Below, one piece after another: positions 17,256 to 27,229 of a stretch of 64,000 nt of DNA (its first letter is position 1; each line of letters begins with the position of its first letter). Position numbers and translations under genes: made by a program. The stretch is from Dehalococcoidia bacterium. Its GTDB lineage: Bacteria > Chloroflexota > Dehalococcoidia > SZUA-161 > SpSt-899. The notes under the pieces are model-generated. The model had not been told where the DNA came from. It made no database searches and worked only from the letters and a program-made list of their open reading frames with translations. Location: contig JBGLNL010000001.1 of assembly GCA_041300025.1 (NCBI GenBank), positions 427,888 to 491,887 on the forward strand, written 5' to 3'.

Positions 17256-17678
17256 TCAAAAGGTCTGGCCTGATGATTTCAACCGCTCGTAAGCCATCCC
17301 GATCTTAAAAGCCATCTCATATGGATTGGACCTGCTGCTAAACAGCTTTCGTGGAGAGCTTATCTGGGCTCCGGTTTGAGCTTCCACCTCGGCTTCCATT
17401 GCCTCGTTTGACTTTTCCATCATATCGAGGACTTTGCGCATCATAAACATGTCTTCGCTGTTGGGAGAGCAATTTTGCGCTTCGTTTATGAGTCTTTCCA
17501 GTTTGCTTGCTTCCTCCCGGTCAAGCGGGCGATGGAGTTCCCGCATTGCCATATCGAATACCTCTATAGCTTTCAGTATCTCCTGTCCCAGAGTTTTCTG
17601 GCTTTTGGGATGTTTTTTGGAAGGTTTTACTTTGGCTATTTCTTCTATTATGTAGTCATCAAGCGGGAATTCTTTCAT
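17256..17678 (-). CDS. hypothetical protein (predicted helical, charged)
   Basis: 140-aa ORF between sdhB and the fumarase beta gene on the same strand. No family recognised. Confidence 0.5.
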   Translation of the reverse strand: MKEFPLDDYIIEEIAKVKPSKKHPKSQKTLGQEILKAIEVFDMAMRELHRPLDREEASKLERLINEAQNCSPNSEDMFMMRKVLDMMEKSNEAMEAEVEAQTGAQISSPRKLFSSRSNPYEMAFKIGMAYERLKSSGQTF

Positions 17679-17758
17679 TGCTCACCCCCTTTTCATAGTT
17701 ATTATACATAATACCACATGGATTCCGATGAGCAACTGCCGGTGATTTTTGGTCGCCA

Positions 17759-18564
17759 TCATTTAACGGTAAGTTCCGGAACTGCGATCTTCGGTTTGCT
17801 TGTTTTAGGAGGCTGGATCGCAGGGGCGGATTTCGGCTGTTTTCGGATCCCGAGACTTTGTGAGACCAGCATTCTTTTAAATAGTTGTATGGCGAATGCA
17901 GGATCGAGTCCCTTTGGGCAAGCTTCCGAGCAGGCACCGGCCATGTGGCAGAGCCAGATACCGTGCGGGGTATCGACTATCTCGAATCTTTCTTTACCAG
18001 CTTCATCTCTGCTATCTGCACAATACCGGTATCCCTGAGCCAGTGGCTGAGGGCCGAGGAAGAGTCTATCCGTTGCCACGGTCGGGCAGGCAGACATGCA
18101 CAATCCGCATTTAATGCAGTACGAGAACTGCATGAAAGAGTCCAATTGCTCCACCGATTGATAAAGCTCGGTTTCAGGCCTCTCAAGGTTCTCATTATCC
18201 TCTCGTATCAGGTATGGCTTGACTGATTTGTGTTTCTCGAAAAGAACGTCTATTTTAGGAACGAGGTCCTTGATAATCGGGTAATTTGGTAGTGATTTAA
18301 CTTCTATTTTGTAAGTCTCCAGTTCCTCGACCGGGGTGTGACATGCCAGCCTGGGAAGATTGTTAATGAGCATGCCGCAGGAGCCGCAGATTCCCATTCG
18401 GCAGGAACTGCGGAAAGCAAGGGTATTATCAAGGTTTTCTTTGATGTAGAGGAGCCCGTCGAGGACGCTCATGCCCTTCTTGAAAGGGACTGTGAATTCC
18501 TGCATATGAGGTGAATTGTCTTTATCCGGATTGTAGCGTTGTACCTTAAAGTTTAAATCTTGCA
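17759..18564 (-). CDS. sdhB: succinate dehydrogenase/fumarate reductase iron-sulfur subunit
   Basis: CRMGICGSCGM, CIKCGLCMSACP and CHMAGACSEACP cluster motifs. Start at MQDLNFKV. The 348-aa ORF-track version is an upstream extension overlapping the sdhD-like membrane-anchor gene. Confidence 0.9.
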
Positions 18565-18582
18565 TCAGATTCTCCTTAGTTT

Positions 18583-18915
18583 CTAAAGGGCTTCTACTGG
18601 AATATATGTTCCGTAGCCCAAAATCGCCAGTCCGGCTATGATAAAAACGTAATCCAGCACCTTGACCGTGGAATTGGATATGGAGAAGTACTCCAGAATA
18701 ATCGTTCTCAAACCATGAAGTCCGTGATACAGACCGAATATGAGCAGAAGAACGTAGAAAGCGAGCCACCAGTTGTCCGCTGCCCTGTCTGCAATCGAAT
18801 TCCATTCTGTGACGTCTTCTTTGAGGAAGTGGGAATATAAAATATGAAATCCGGCTACAATGAAAATGGCTATGCCGCTCACATATTGCAATATCTTCAA
18901 ACGAGTTTCTTTCAT
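18583..18915 (-). CDS. succinate dehydrogenase/fumarate reductase small membrane anchor subunit
   Basis: 110 aa with three hydrophobic helices, lying between the larger anchor subunit and sdhB. Confidence 0.65.
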   Translation of the reverse strand: MKETRLKILQYVSGIAIFIVAGFHILYSHFLKEDVTEWNSIADRAADNWWLAFYVLLLIFGLYHGLHGLRTIILEYFSISNSTVKVLDYVFIIAGLAILGYGTYIPVEAL

Positions 18916-18925
18916 CTTAAGTCTC

Positions 18926-19369
18926 CTATATCACAAAAAGAACCAGGGCGAAGATGGCCAGCACCACGATCACAAAAAGCACTGCCCACATTAGTAACCT
19001 GTTTTGGCGCATGGCGTCAACATATGGATATATAGGCGCCTTTGGTTTGCCCAGCGTGTAAGCCATGTGTTGCAGGATGAGCCTTCCGCCATTCAATGCA
19101 TGAAAGATAAATGCGGCTACAACCAGATATTCTCCTACCTTAAAGGCTGGAGTTTCAAGGATATCCATAGCATCTTCCCAGCTTGAAGCGCCCCAGATGC
19201 GAGTGCCATTGATGCCCAGATGTATCGTTATGAATAACAGCAGGCCGAGACCTGTCAGGCGGTGGAGAGTGTAAAGATATCTTTCCCACGTGTAACGCCC
19301 CGCCCATACCCATCCTTTAATCCCCAAGTTATTGGGCAAATTACGGTTTTTGCTGTTTATTGCTTGCAT
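18926..19369 (-). CDS. succinate dehydrogenase/fumarate reductase cytochrome b-type membrane subunit
   Basis: Hydrophobic, with His-containing helices. The ATG at 19369 overlaps the sdhA stop (ATGA). Confidence 0.65.
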   Translation of the reverse strand: MQAINSKNRNLPNNLGIKGWVWAGRYTWERYLYTLHRLTGLGLLLFITIHLGINGTRIWGASSWEDAMDILETPAFKVGEYLVVAAFIFHALNGGRLILQHMAYTLGKPKAPIYPYVDAMRQNRLLMWAVLFVIVVLAIFALVLFVI

Positions 19370-21087
19370 CAGTATTTCCTCTCTACCGGCAGCCACTTGC
19401 TGATGTCCACCGGAATGTAGTCGAGGGATGGTTCCCTGCCCTCGTTGTAATGGGTCATGGAGTGCTTACCCCAGTTTTCATCGTCTCGAGTTTTGTAGTC
19501 AGTTCTGGAATGTGCGCCCCTAGATTCGGTACGGTTGAGCGCCGCCATGGAAACTGTTTCGGCGAGGTCGAGTAAATTCCTTACCTCCAGAATATTGAGC
19601 AGATTGATGTTATATATTCGGCTGGTATCGATGACTTTCACATCATTTGCCCTTTGTTTAAGTTCGCGCACCTTTTTTACGGCTTTTTCCAGGTTGGTGC
19701 CATTTCGGAACACGCCTACATTGTGATCCATAGTTTCCTGCAACTCGTGCCAGATAACGAAAATATCTTCTTTTCCGGAGCCGTGCCCAGCCTGTTCGAA
19801 AACGCGCTTTTCCTCTTCCTCGGCTTTTTTCATGGGGCTATCCGGCAGGGATTTTTGCTTGCTGGCGTAACGTGCGGCTTCTTCCCCTGTGATCTTGCCC
19901 CAGACAAGGCACTCGGCAGTTGAGTTGGCGCCGAGCCGATTGGCTCCATGCATTGAAACGCAGGCCGCTTCCCCTGCTGCCCAGATACCATTCACCGTGG
20001 TGGCCCCGAGAATATTGGTGTGAATCCCGGCCATGCAGTAATGAGCCGCCGGGCGGATCGGTATCGATTCTTTAATGGGGTCGATGAAGGCAAACTTGAT
20101 ACAGACCTCACGGATTAAAGGCAATCTTTCGTTGATCTTGTCTGCTCCCAGATGTGTCAGGTCAAGATGCACATAAGCAAGGCCGTCTTCCCGGGGGAAT
20201 CCTCTACCTTCCAGTATTTCGGTCATTTCTGAACGGGAAACGATGTCCCTTGGCGCTGTTTCCATCTTGGAAGGTGCGTATTTATCCATGAACCGCTCGC
20301 CCTTATTGTTCCTCAGGTAACCGCCCTCACCTCTGGCGCCTTCGGTCACCAGGATGCCGGATGGGATTAATCCCGTGGGATGGAACTGGATGAACTCCAT
20401 ATCCTTAAGCGGCATGCCTGCCCGGTAAGCCATCGCCATGCCATCGCCGGTGGCGGTAAGCGAATAGGTAGTGAACCCGAACATGCGGCAGAGCCCCCCG
20501 GTAGCTATTATCAGTGCCTTGGCCCTCATCAGGAAAAATTCTCCGCCTGTCAGGTCCCAGACTGTTATACCCTGGAACCCCCCTTTGTTTGTAAGAATGG
20601 ATGTGGCGAAGCATTCATCATACCTGTCGACCCGCGCGAATTTTTGAAGCGTATCATACAGGGTATGCATTTCAAAGAATCCGGTTTTATCCTCGGCAAA
20701 TGTTGCCCGCTCGTAACTATGTCCGCCGAATGGCCGCTGGTTGATGCTGCCATTTGCCTTTCGGGACCAGGGAATGCCCCAGTGGTCCAACTGAAGGAGC
20801 TCTTTGGGAGATTCTTCAACGAAGCGCATAACAACATTCTGATCAGCCAGAAAATCGCTTCCCTTGATCGTATCCCATGCATGCAGATCCAGACTGTCTC
20901 CCTCTTCCGGGTATAAAACTGCTGCCGTGCCGCCTTCAGCGCATACGGAGTGCGAGCGCATGATCTGAACTTTGGAAACGATGGCTATATTCAGTTCACC
21001 TTTGCCCACACGGGCAGCTTCCACCGCTGCCCGCAACCCCGCAATTCCAGAACCCAGAATCACAATATCATATGTTTTTTCGATCAC
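19369..21087 (-). CDS. sdhA: succinate dehydrogenase/fumarate reductase flavoprotein subunit
   Basis: GSGIAGLRAA dinucleotide fold and RSHSVCAEGG (covalent-FAD His context). 572 aa. GTG start with GGAGG upstream. Confidence 0.92.
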   Translation of the reverse strand: MIEKTYDIVILGSGIAGLRAAVEAARVGKGELNIAIVSKVQIMRSHSVCAEGGTAAVLYPEEGDSLDLHAWDTIKGSDFLADQNVVMRFVEESPKELLQLDHWGIPWSRKANGSINQRPFGGHSYERATFAEDKTGFFEMHTLYDTLQKFARVDRYDECFATSILTNKGGFQGITVWDLTGGEFFLMRAKALIIATGGLCRMFGFTTYSLTATGDGMAMAYRAGMPLKDMEFIQFHPTGLIPSGILVTEGARGEGGYLRNNKGERFMDKYAPSKMETAPRDIVSRSEMTEILEGRGFPREDGLAYVHLDLTHLGADKINERLPLIREVCIKFAFIDPIKESIPIRPAAHYCMAGIHTNILGATTVNGIWAAGEAACVSMHGANRLGANSTAECLVWGKITGEEAARYASKQKSLPDSPMKKAEEEEKRVFEQAGHGSGKEDIFVIWHELQETMDHNVGVFRNGTNLEKAVKKVRELKQRANDVKVIDTSRIYNINLLNILEVRNLLDLAETVSMAALNRTESRGAHSRTDYKTRDDENWGKHSMTHYNEGREPSLDYIPVDISKWLPVERKY

Positions 21088-21153
21088 TCTTTTGCCTCCA
21101 GAACCAACAGCCAGTCATTTGAATAACCGGCATACAATCCACTTGTTGAAACT

Positions 21154-21177
21154 GTCGGAAAACCAGGGTTTTCCGAC
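21154..21177. other. perfect 10-bp stem / 4-nt loop hairpin between the fumarase alpha gene and sdhA
   Basis: GTCGGAAAAC-cagg-GTTTTCCGAC. No flanking U-tract on either strand. Confidence 0.6.
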
Positions 21178-21247
21178 AAATGCCACCATCAGCCACAATT
21201 GAAAATTTTACCATGGAATGCATACTCTAAGTTTTTCAACAGCCTTG

Positions 21248-22099
21248 TTAGAGTATTGCTTCCTTATGCCGCGCGCTGTGGCATTGAATATTGACTGCCA
21301 CCGGCAGGCTGGCAATGTGAGCAGGGAAGGTTTCCACGTGCACCGCCAGTGCGGTGACGGTTCCGCCGAAACCTTGAGGGCCAATACCAGTGGCATTGAT
21401 TCTCTTTAAAATTTCAGCTTCCAGCTCAGCTATTTCCGGATCAGGGTTGGGTTTGCCAACTTCCCGGAGCAGGGATCGTTTGGCTATCAAAGCGGTCTGC
21501 TCGATAGTTCCGCCGATTCCCACACCGACAATGATCGGGGGACAGGGATTACTTCCTGCCTCATCTGCCAGATTCACCACATAATCGATTACCCCTGCTC
21601 TTCCCTGCGATGGCTTAAGAACGGTCACTCGACTCATATTCTCGCTGCCGCCGCCTTTGGGAGCAACTATTATTTTCAATTGATCTCCCGGCACGATTCT
21701 GGTGTGAATGATGGGTGGAGTGTTGTCCTTGGTATTTATCCTTGCGGAGTACGGTTGTTTGACTGCTGATTTGCGCAGGTATCCTTTTTCATAACCCTGC
21801 CGGACACCTTCCTCCACGGCGGTATAAAGATCGCCCCCGACAATGTGGACCTCTTGCCCCAGATCGAGGAAAACTACTGCCAATCCGGTATCCTGACAGA
21901 GGGGGATTCTCTCCGTTGCGGCTATCTCAGCGTTTCGAAGTATTTGATCAAATACCTGTTTGCCAACTTCCGATTTTTCGTTTCCCCGTCCCTTTTTGAG
22001 GGCTGCTATTACATCCTCACCCAGATAAAAGTTGGCATCCTGACAAAGTTGGGATACGGTACTGGTAATTTTGCCTGCTTGAATTCTTCTCATGCTCAT
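21248..22099 (-). CDS. class I (Fe-S) fumarate hydratase, alpha subunit / N-terminal domain
   Basis: CQDTGLAVVF motif. Start at MSMRRIQ with GAGGAG 7 nt upstream. Confidence 0.85.
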   Translation of the reverse strand: MSMRRIQAGKITSTVSQLCQDANFYLGEDVIAALKKGRGNEKSEVGKQVFDQILRNAEIAATERIPLCQDTGLAVVFLDLGQEVHIVGGDLYTAVEEGVRQGYEKGYLRKSAVKQPYSARINTKDNTPPIIHTRIVPGDQLKIIVAPKGGGSENMSRVTVLKPSQGRAGVIDYVVNLADEAGSNPCPPIIVGVGIGGTIEQTALIAKRSLLREVGKPNPDPEIAELEAEILKRINATGIGPQGFGGTVTALAVHVETFPAHIASLPVAVNIQCHSARHKEAIL

Positions 22100-22180
22100 G
22101 CTCAAGCTCCTCTTACGTAAATATGAGCCTGACTCAAAGAGTAGCAGGCCCATAACTGTTTAAATTACTGGAGTGAAATC

Positions 22181-23107
22181 TTAGATACCCATGATCGGGA
22201 GCAGACTTCGTACTGCCTCAGCCGATTTATTAACTTTTTCCTGCTCATCGGGGCTGATTTTGAGTTTAATGACCTGCTCCATGCCATTTTTTCCCAGCTT
22301 GGCTGGCACGCCAACGAAGACCCCTTTTATTCCATATTCGCCCTCAAGAAAAGTCGAACATGGGAGTATCTTCTTGCTGTCAAGGAGGACGGCTTCTACC
22401 ATCTGGGCCGAGGCTACTCCGGGGGCATAAAAAGCACTGCCTGTCTTAAGGAGATTGACGATTTCCCCACCCCCGTTGATGGTTCGCTGAACGATCCCCT
22501 CGATTTTCTCTTTGGATAGCAGTTCGGTGATGGGTACGCCGGCTACATTGCACAGGCTGATAATCGGGACCATTGAATCGCCATGCCCGCCAAGAACACA
22601 GGTGTAGACGTCTTTAACCGAGACGTTCAGTTCTTGAGCGATAAAGGTTCTAAACCGGGCACTATCGAGAACCCCTGATTGTCCAAATACTCTGTTTCTG
22701 GGGAACTTGCTCACATGAAGCGCCATCTGGCACATGGCATCTAGTGGATTGCACACCACAATGATAATGCAATTCGGGGAATACTTTGCCACGTTCTCAG
22801 TAACACTCCGAACGATTTTTGCATTTGTCGTTACCAGGTCATCGCGGCTCATGCCGGGCTTGCGTGGAATTCCGGAAGTTATGACCACTACGTCCGAATT
22901 AGCAGTTGCCTCATAACTGGTGGTACCGGTAATTTTGACATCGACTCCCAGAATAGGGGTGGCTTCCTGCATATCCAGGCCTTTACCCTGGGGAAGTCCA
23001 TCGATGATATCCACCAGCACCACATCGGCTATTCCCATTTCGGCAATCCTGAAAGCACAGGTTGCCCCTACATTTCCAGCTCCGATTACAGAAACTTTAC
23101 TGCGCAT
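22181..23107 (-). CDS. mdh: malate dehydrogenase (LDH-like family)
   Basis: [12 protein letters not shown] and GGHGDSMVP motifs. 308 aa. No recognisable RBS, because a foreign gene fragment abuts 5 nt upstream. Confidence 0.9.
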   Translation of the reverse strand: MRSKVSVIGAGNVGATCAFRIAEMGIADVVLVDIIDGLPQGKGLDMQEATPILGVDVKITGTTSYEATANSDVVVITSGIPRKPGMSRDDLVTTNAKIVRSVTENVAKYSPNCIIIVVCNPLDAMCQMALHVSKFPRNRVFGQSGVLDSARFRTFIAQELNVSVKDVYTCVLGGHGDSMVPIISLCNVAGVPITELLSKEKIEGIVQRTINGGGEIVNLLKTGSAFYAPGVASAQMVEAVLLDSKKILPCSTFLEGEYGIKGVFVGVPAKLGKNGMEQVIKLKISPDEQEKVNKSAEAVRSLLPIMGI

Positions 23108-23112
23108 AGCGT

Positions 23113-23268
23113 TTCACACTTGATGACCTCGGCGCCCATTCTCGACAAAATACCCGGCCCTGATGGACCCAGCACGAGAGTGCACACTTCTAGCACTCGG
23201 ATGCCTCTCAGCGGCGATGGCTTGGAATGCTTCATCTCCCTGTAGTTCTTCCAGGTATCTTCTGCCAC
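23113..23268 (-). pseudogene. family III CoA-transferase (CaiB/BaiF-like), 52-codon 5' fragment
   Basis: [34 protein letters not shown] matches the conserved N-terminus. It then breaks off directly in front of the mdh ATG. Confidence 0.65.
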
Positions 23269-23370
23269 GATATTCAGCCCTTTCTATCTCCAAACGTCTC
23301 CATCGCAGCTGGACGAATGAGACATCGGGATCGGTTACTCTTCATTCCGTCTCTAAGACAACTTACAGCT

Positions 23371-23958
23371 CTACGCTTTGATGGTCGAGACAAGCTTCTC
23401 CATATACTTGTGCATCCTGGCTTCCAGATCATAATTTCCATCATACAGGCTCCACTCAAAGACAACACCACGCGCCATAACAAGCAAATACCTTACCAAT
23501 TCCTTCGCATCTGTATCCCCGCGGATCTCATTTTTCTCCTGGCCTTTGCGGATTAAATCCTCCAGAATTTCCAGCATCGGCCGCCCTTCCTCGATGAAGA
23601 ATTTGATCTTTGGATTGAAGAGCTGTTGTGTCGTTTCCACTCCGCTGGCAACGTTGAATTTGGCATAATGGTCAAAATATTCGACAATCTGTTCAGGGAT
23701 GCACCTCTTACTAAGCGAGTTGACTACGTGAGTGGAAAAGTATACGTCTGCCCGGTAAAAAATCTCAGCAAGAATGTCGTTTTTTGAATCGAAGTAATGA
23801 TAAAAAGCTCCTACAGAAACCCCTGCCTTTTTGCTGATGTCTGCGATGGTGAAATTCCCAAATCCCTTTTCCTCCATAAGCTCGATTGCGGAGGTATAAA
23901 TACGGTTCTTGGTCTCCTCGGCCTGTTCTTTTCGATTTGTATTTGTTTGGTTCTCCAT
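23371..23958 (-). CDS. TetR/AcrR family transcriptional regulator
   Basis: HTH FTIADISKKAGVSVGAFYHYFDSKNDIL. GGAG RBS before the ATG at 23958. Confidence 0.9.
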   Translation of the reverse strand: MENQTNTNRKEQAEETKNRIYTSAIELMEEKGFGNFTIADISKKAGVSVGAFYHYFDSKNDILAEIFYRADVYFSTHVVNSLSKRCIPEQIVEYFDHYAKFNVASGVETTQQLFNPKIKFFIEEGRPMLEILEDLIRKGQEKNEIRGDTDAKELVRYLLVMARGVVFEWSLYDGNYDLEARMHKYMEKLVSTIKA

Positions 23959-24128
23959 ATTTTCTCCGACTTGATAACACATTATTTGCTTGGTTTCAGA
24001 TCATTAAACACAGTCAAGGAATGCTAGGCGTATACCTGATATGAAGATGAAATATTGTAAAGCTTTGTTTGCCAACACAAATATCTATGAATTCTCCAAC
24101 GGAGTGAACGCCGGAAAAAATAGGGATA

Positions 24129-24764
24129 CTAACGCGGCTGCATGCTATCGATGATAAATTCAGCAGCCAATCGAACACCGATCCCCGGTGGTAAGCCACA
24201 CTTTTCAAAGCCTTTCTCACTAGCAAAGGTGAACATGGCTTCTTCGCTGTCTCCGGGATTCACGCGATGCCCCAAGATCACCCTTTCGATAATGTCAGCA
24301 CAATATAGGTGACCAATTTTTCCTTCAAAGAAGGCCATGAATTTCTGAGACGTCGCAATCGTGTCGTTCACAGCCTCATAATCCAGACGGTCATCGCTGC
24401 CAAAGAAAAGGCCAAAGGCAATCAGACTCCCGGTGATACCCCCGCAAATCTCACCAGTGCCACCGATACCCGGAAAAGGCGTCAGGGCCTTAATGATCTC
24501 CATACTCCCCAGACCAAACTCTTCCATCAGCGCAAGCGCGGTCCCCTGAGCGCAATTCTTGAGCATGAAATTGTATTCCTCCGCTCGCAACTGCACCCGG
24601 TCGAGGATCTCTTCCTTATTGGCTAACAACTCCTGGGGGTCAAGATCCTTTCTGGGGATTCCATTTTCAGATAGATTCTTGATTCTGGCTTTAATTGCCG
24701 TCTCATCCCATTTTCTATTTGCCAGTTCTTGCACTTTTGCATTCAGGATCTCGTAGTCTGTCAT
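24129..24764 (-). CDS. C_GCAxxG_C_C family putative redox-active protein
   Basis: NCAQGTA, GEICGGITG and YCADI Cys motifs. 211 aa. Confidence 0.75.
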   Translation of the reverse strand: MTDYEILNAKVQELANRKWDETAIKARIKNLSENGIPRKDLDPQELLANKEEILDRVQLRAEEYNFMLKNCAQGTALALMEEFGLGSMEIIKALTPFPGIGGTGEICGGITGSLIAFGLFFGSDDRLDYEAVNDTIATSQKFMAFFEGKIGHLYCADIIERVILGHRVNPGDSEEAMFTFASEKGFEKCGLPPGIGVRLAAEFIIDSMQPR

Positions 24765-24841
24765 TTGTAGTTACCTCCGATTTAGGTTTTCAGAACGAAT
24801 ATTGTTCAAGATTTTTGCCGTCATGCTGCCATCGTCAAGCC

Positions 24842-25630
24842 TTATATCGGCTGCATGTCGAGTGGATAAAAGGCCATCGACAGCTTCATGATAAAAGCAC
24901 CGGCAAGCGTATTGGCGATGACTCCGTCATCACCAATGGCGAAGAACTTGCCGGTTAATCTCATTTGATCCCAGTTGTAGAAGAACACGGTGGAAACGGG
25001 CAGACCGAATTCGCGAAAGGCAAAGATATATTGATTATCATCGAACTTATAGACGGTAGACATGTCAACATCGCCTTGACCTCGCAATGGTCCGATGATG
25101 CCCTGCCAGACATAGCGCTCTGAATTCAGGTAGACATGTTCCATAATCTGCTCTGGACCATAATCATAGAGTCCCCGCAAACCGATGAGGTCGCGCGTTG
25201 GCCCTGGTTTGCGTCCCGTAGGTGGAGTGCCTGGATCACCCAGCGCACCTGGCCAGAACTCATGGACCGCCCGGGGTTCTTTGCCGACATCGCCTTCGCG
25301 CATTATCGTGCGGACAGCGAGTACTTGCCGCGTTTGAACGTTAACGATAAAGGTCTGCGACTGCCAAGGCTGGTGGGTAAAAGTCATGTCAATGAAATAG
25401 GTTTGCGGCGCCACTTCCACCACCTCGCACCAGTCCATACCGCCTTCGTCGCCACTTTGCCAGATGACCTTGTTCCGATCTGCGAATTCGAGTTCAAAGT
25501 ATATCCCCGAGTCGAGTGTGATTGTTATCGTCTGATTTACCAATGCAGCTGTTTGTGGAAGACGATTAACTGCTAATTTCGACGCATAATCCTCATATGT
25601 ATAATCTGTTGTACCTTCTGCCTGTGGCAT
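24842..25630 (-). CDS. MoaF-like two-lobed calycin-type protein (family assignment tentative)
   Basis: 262 aa with two internally similar beta-rich halves. The assignment rests on my recollection of MoaF/MoaF_C patterns and is not verified. Confidence 0.35.
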   Translation of the reverse strand: MPQAEGTTDYTYEDYASKLAVNRLPQTAALVNQTITITLDSGIYFELEFADRNKVIWQSGDEGGMDWCEVVEVAPQTYFIDMTFTHQPWQSQTFIVNVQTRQVLAVRTIMREGDVGKEPRAVHEFWPGALGDPGTPPTGRKPGPTRDLIGLRGLYDYGPEQIMEHVYLNSERYVWQGIIGPLRGQGDVDMSTVYKFDDNQYIFAFREFGLPVSTVFFYNWDQMRLTGKFFAIGDDGVIANTLAGAFIMKLSMAFYPLDMQPI

Positions 25631-25685
25631 TGAGCTGTTCCTCTCTTGAATAATGGATAGTATTTTATGTTTTATAAATTCTTTC

Positions 25686-26507
25686 TCACACGCCCCACTT
25701 CACGCCAGCGTTGGTAAGCGCGGCTCCGGAAACATCGACAATCGCTGCTCCTCCATCGAGCAGAAGAACAGATCCAGTCATAAACGTGGAATCATCACTG
25801 GCGAGGTAACTGCAAATGCCAGTGATCTCATTGGGGTTTGCTGTCCGCCTCAGGGGAACCATCGAAGATATGCGCTCAAAAACACCTTCCAGGTCTGTCC
25901 CGAGTACTTCTTTGAGGGGAGCGAGTGATTTTTCCAACATCTCCGTCCTTGTGCCGCCTGGACAGACCACATTACAGCGGACCTTGGCTGGGCCGAAATC
26001 CAGCGCGACCTGTTTGGTGAGCATTATGAGACCCGCCTTCGATGAACAATAGGCTGGCATGCCAGGTAGGCAGCGCAGTCCGCCCAGCGAAGCAATGTTT
26101 ATGATAGAACCGCCGCCGCCCTCAATCATATGCGGTATAGACACCTTCATGAGATACATAGGACCGGTGAGATTTATATCGAGAACCCTGCGCCAGAGCT
26201 CAGGGTCCATGTCAACAACGGTTGTACCGCCCGAGTCTATGGCTGCGTTGTTCACCAACACATCGAGTTTGCCAGTGAATTTGAGCGCCATCTCAACCAT
26301 TCGCTCCGCGTCTTCAAGCCTGGTCACATTCCCGGCGCATGTCAACACTGCCCCATCCGGTAATGATTGGGCCACCTCGTCGAGCTTCTCCTGGCGGCGG
26401 CCGGTTATGCATATCCTCGCTCCGTCAGTAACGAACCGCTCAGCAATTGCGGCGCCTATACCAGAACCCGCTCCGGTAATGAGGGCTACTTTTCCGTCTA
26501 GTTTCAT
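25686..26507 (-). CDS. short-chain dehydrogenase/reductase (SDR)
   Basis: TGAGSGIGAA cofactor motif and the YCSSK catalytic YxxxK. Confidence 0.9.
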   Translation of the reverse strand: MKLDGKVALITGAGSGIGAAIAERFVTDGARICITGRRQEKLDEVAQSLPDGAVLTCAGNVTRLEDAERMVEMALKFTGKLDVLVNNAAIDSGGTTVVDMDPELWRRVLDINLTGPMYLMKVSIPHMIEGGGGSIINIASLGGLRCLPGMPAYCSSKAGLIMLTKQVALDFGPAKVRCNVVCPGGTRTEMLEKSLAPLKEVLGTDLEGVFERISSMVPLRRTANPNEITGICSYLASDDSTFMTGSVLLLDGGAAIVDVSGAALTNAGVKWGV

Positions 26508-26521
26508 TTCCAGCTTCCGGT

Positions 26522-27226
26522 CTACAACCCCAGATAGGCTTTTCTTACATGATCGCTCTGGAGCAGTTCATCACAATCACCCTGCAGACTTACGCGGCCA
26601 TTCTCCAACACATAAGCCCGGTCGGCGATCTCCAGGGCGCGATGCACATTCTGCTCGATTAGCAGAATGGTTATGCCCTGTTCTCTCAAGTTTTGTATGA
26701 TGCGGAACACTTCGGTAACGAATAAAGGGGCCAAACCGTAAGAAGGTTCATCAAATAAGCACAGCTTTGGCTTTGACATTAAAGCTCGCCCTATAGCTAA
26801 CATTTGATGTTCGCCACCACTCAATGTCCTTGCCAGTTGGTTCTGCCTTTCTTGTAAACTGGGGAATAACTGGTAGACCTGTTCGAATGTCCCAGTCCGT
26901 TGCTTCCAGGCATGAATAGGGTACGAACCCATCTCCAAATTTTCGCGCACGTTCATATCGGGGAAAATCTTACCTCCCTGGGGCACGTGCGATATACCCA
27001 AGCCCACAATAGCATGAGATGGCAGGCCATCGATCCGTTCGCCTTGGAAGACAACACTTCCCGAGGCTGGCCGCAGCAACCCAGAGATCGTATTGACCAG
27101 TGTCGTCTTTCCGGCTCCATTCGAGCCGACCAGGGCGACAATTTCGGCCTGGTTGACCTCCAAACAGATATCCCACAAAGCTTGAACCTTCCCATAGCGG
27201 GTGTCTACATTACATACTTCAAGCAT
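26522..27226 (-). CDS. branched-chain amino acid-type ABC transporter ATPase (LivF-like)
   Basis: GSNGAGKTT Walker A, LSGGEHQML signature, Walker B FDEPS. Confidence 0.9.
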   Translation of the reverse strand: MLEVCNVDTRYGKVQALWDICLEVNQAEIVALVGSNGAGKTTLVNTISGLLRPASGSVVFQGERIDGLPSHAIVGLGISHVPQGGKIFPDMNVRENLEMGSYPIHAWKQRTGTFEQVYQLFPSLQERQNQLARTLSGGEHQMLAIGRALMSKPKLCLFDEPSYGLAPLFVTEVFRIIQNLREQGITILLIEQNVHRALEIADRAYVLENGRVSLQGDCDELLQSDHVRKAYLGL

Positions 27227-27229
27227 TTT

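Noticed and set aside
17759-18805. 348-aa version of the sdhB ORF, the 435-aa version of pgk (49840-51147), and the 9983 start of arsC
   Set aside because: These upstream extensions overlap neighbouring real genes or gene remnants. They lack homology to the family N-termini. Internal ATGs with RBS match the conserved starts.
23982-24128. Imperfect palindrome tttgtttgccaacacaaa as a TetR operator
   Set aside because: Only 6 of 9 positions pair, and I found no second copy or related site. This is too weak to call a regulatory feature.
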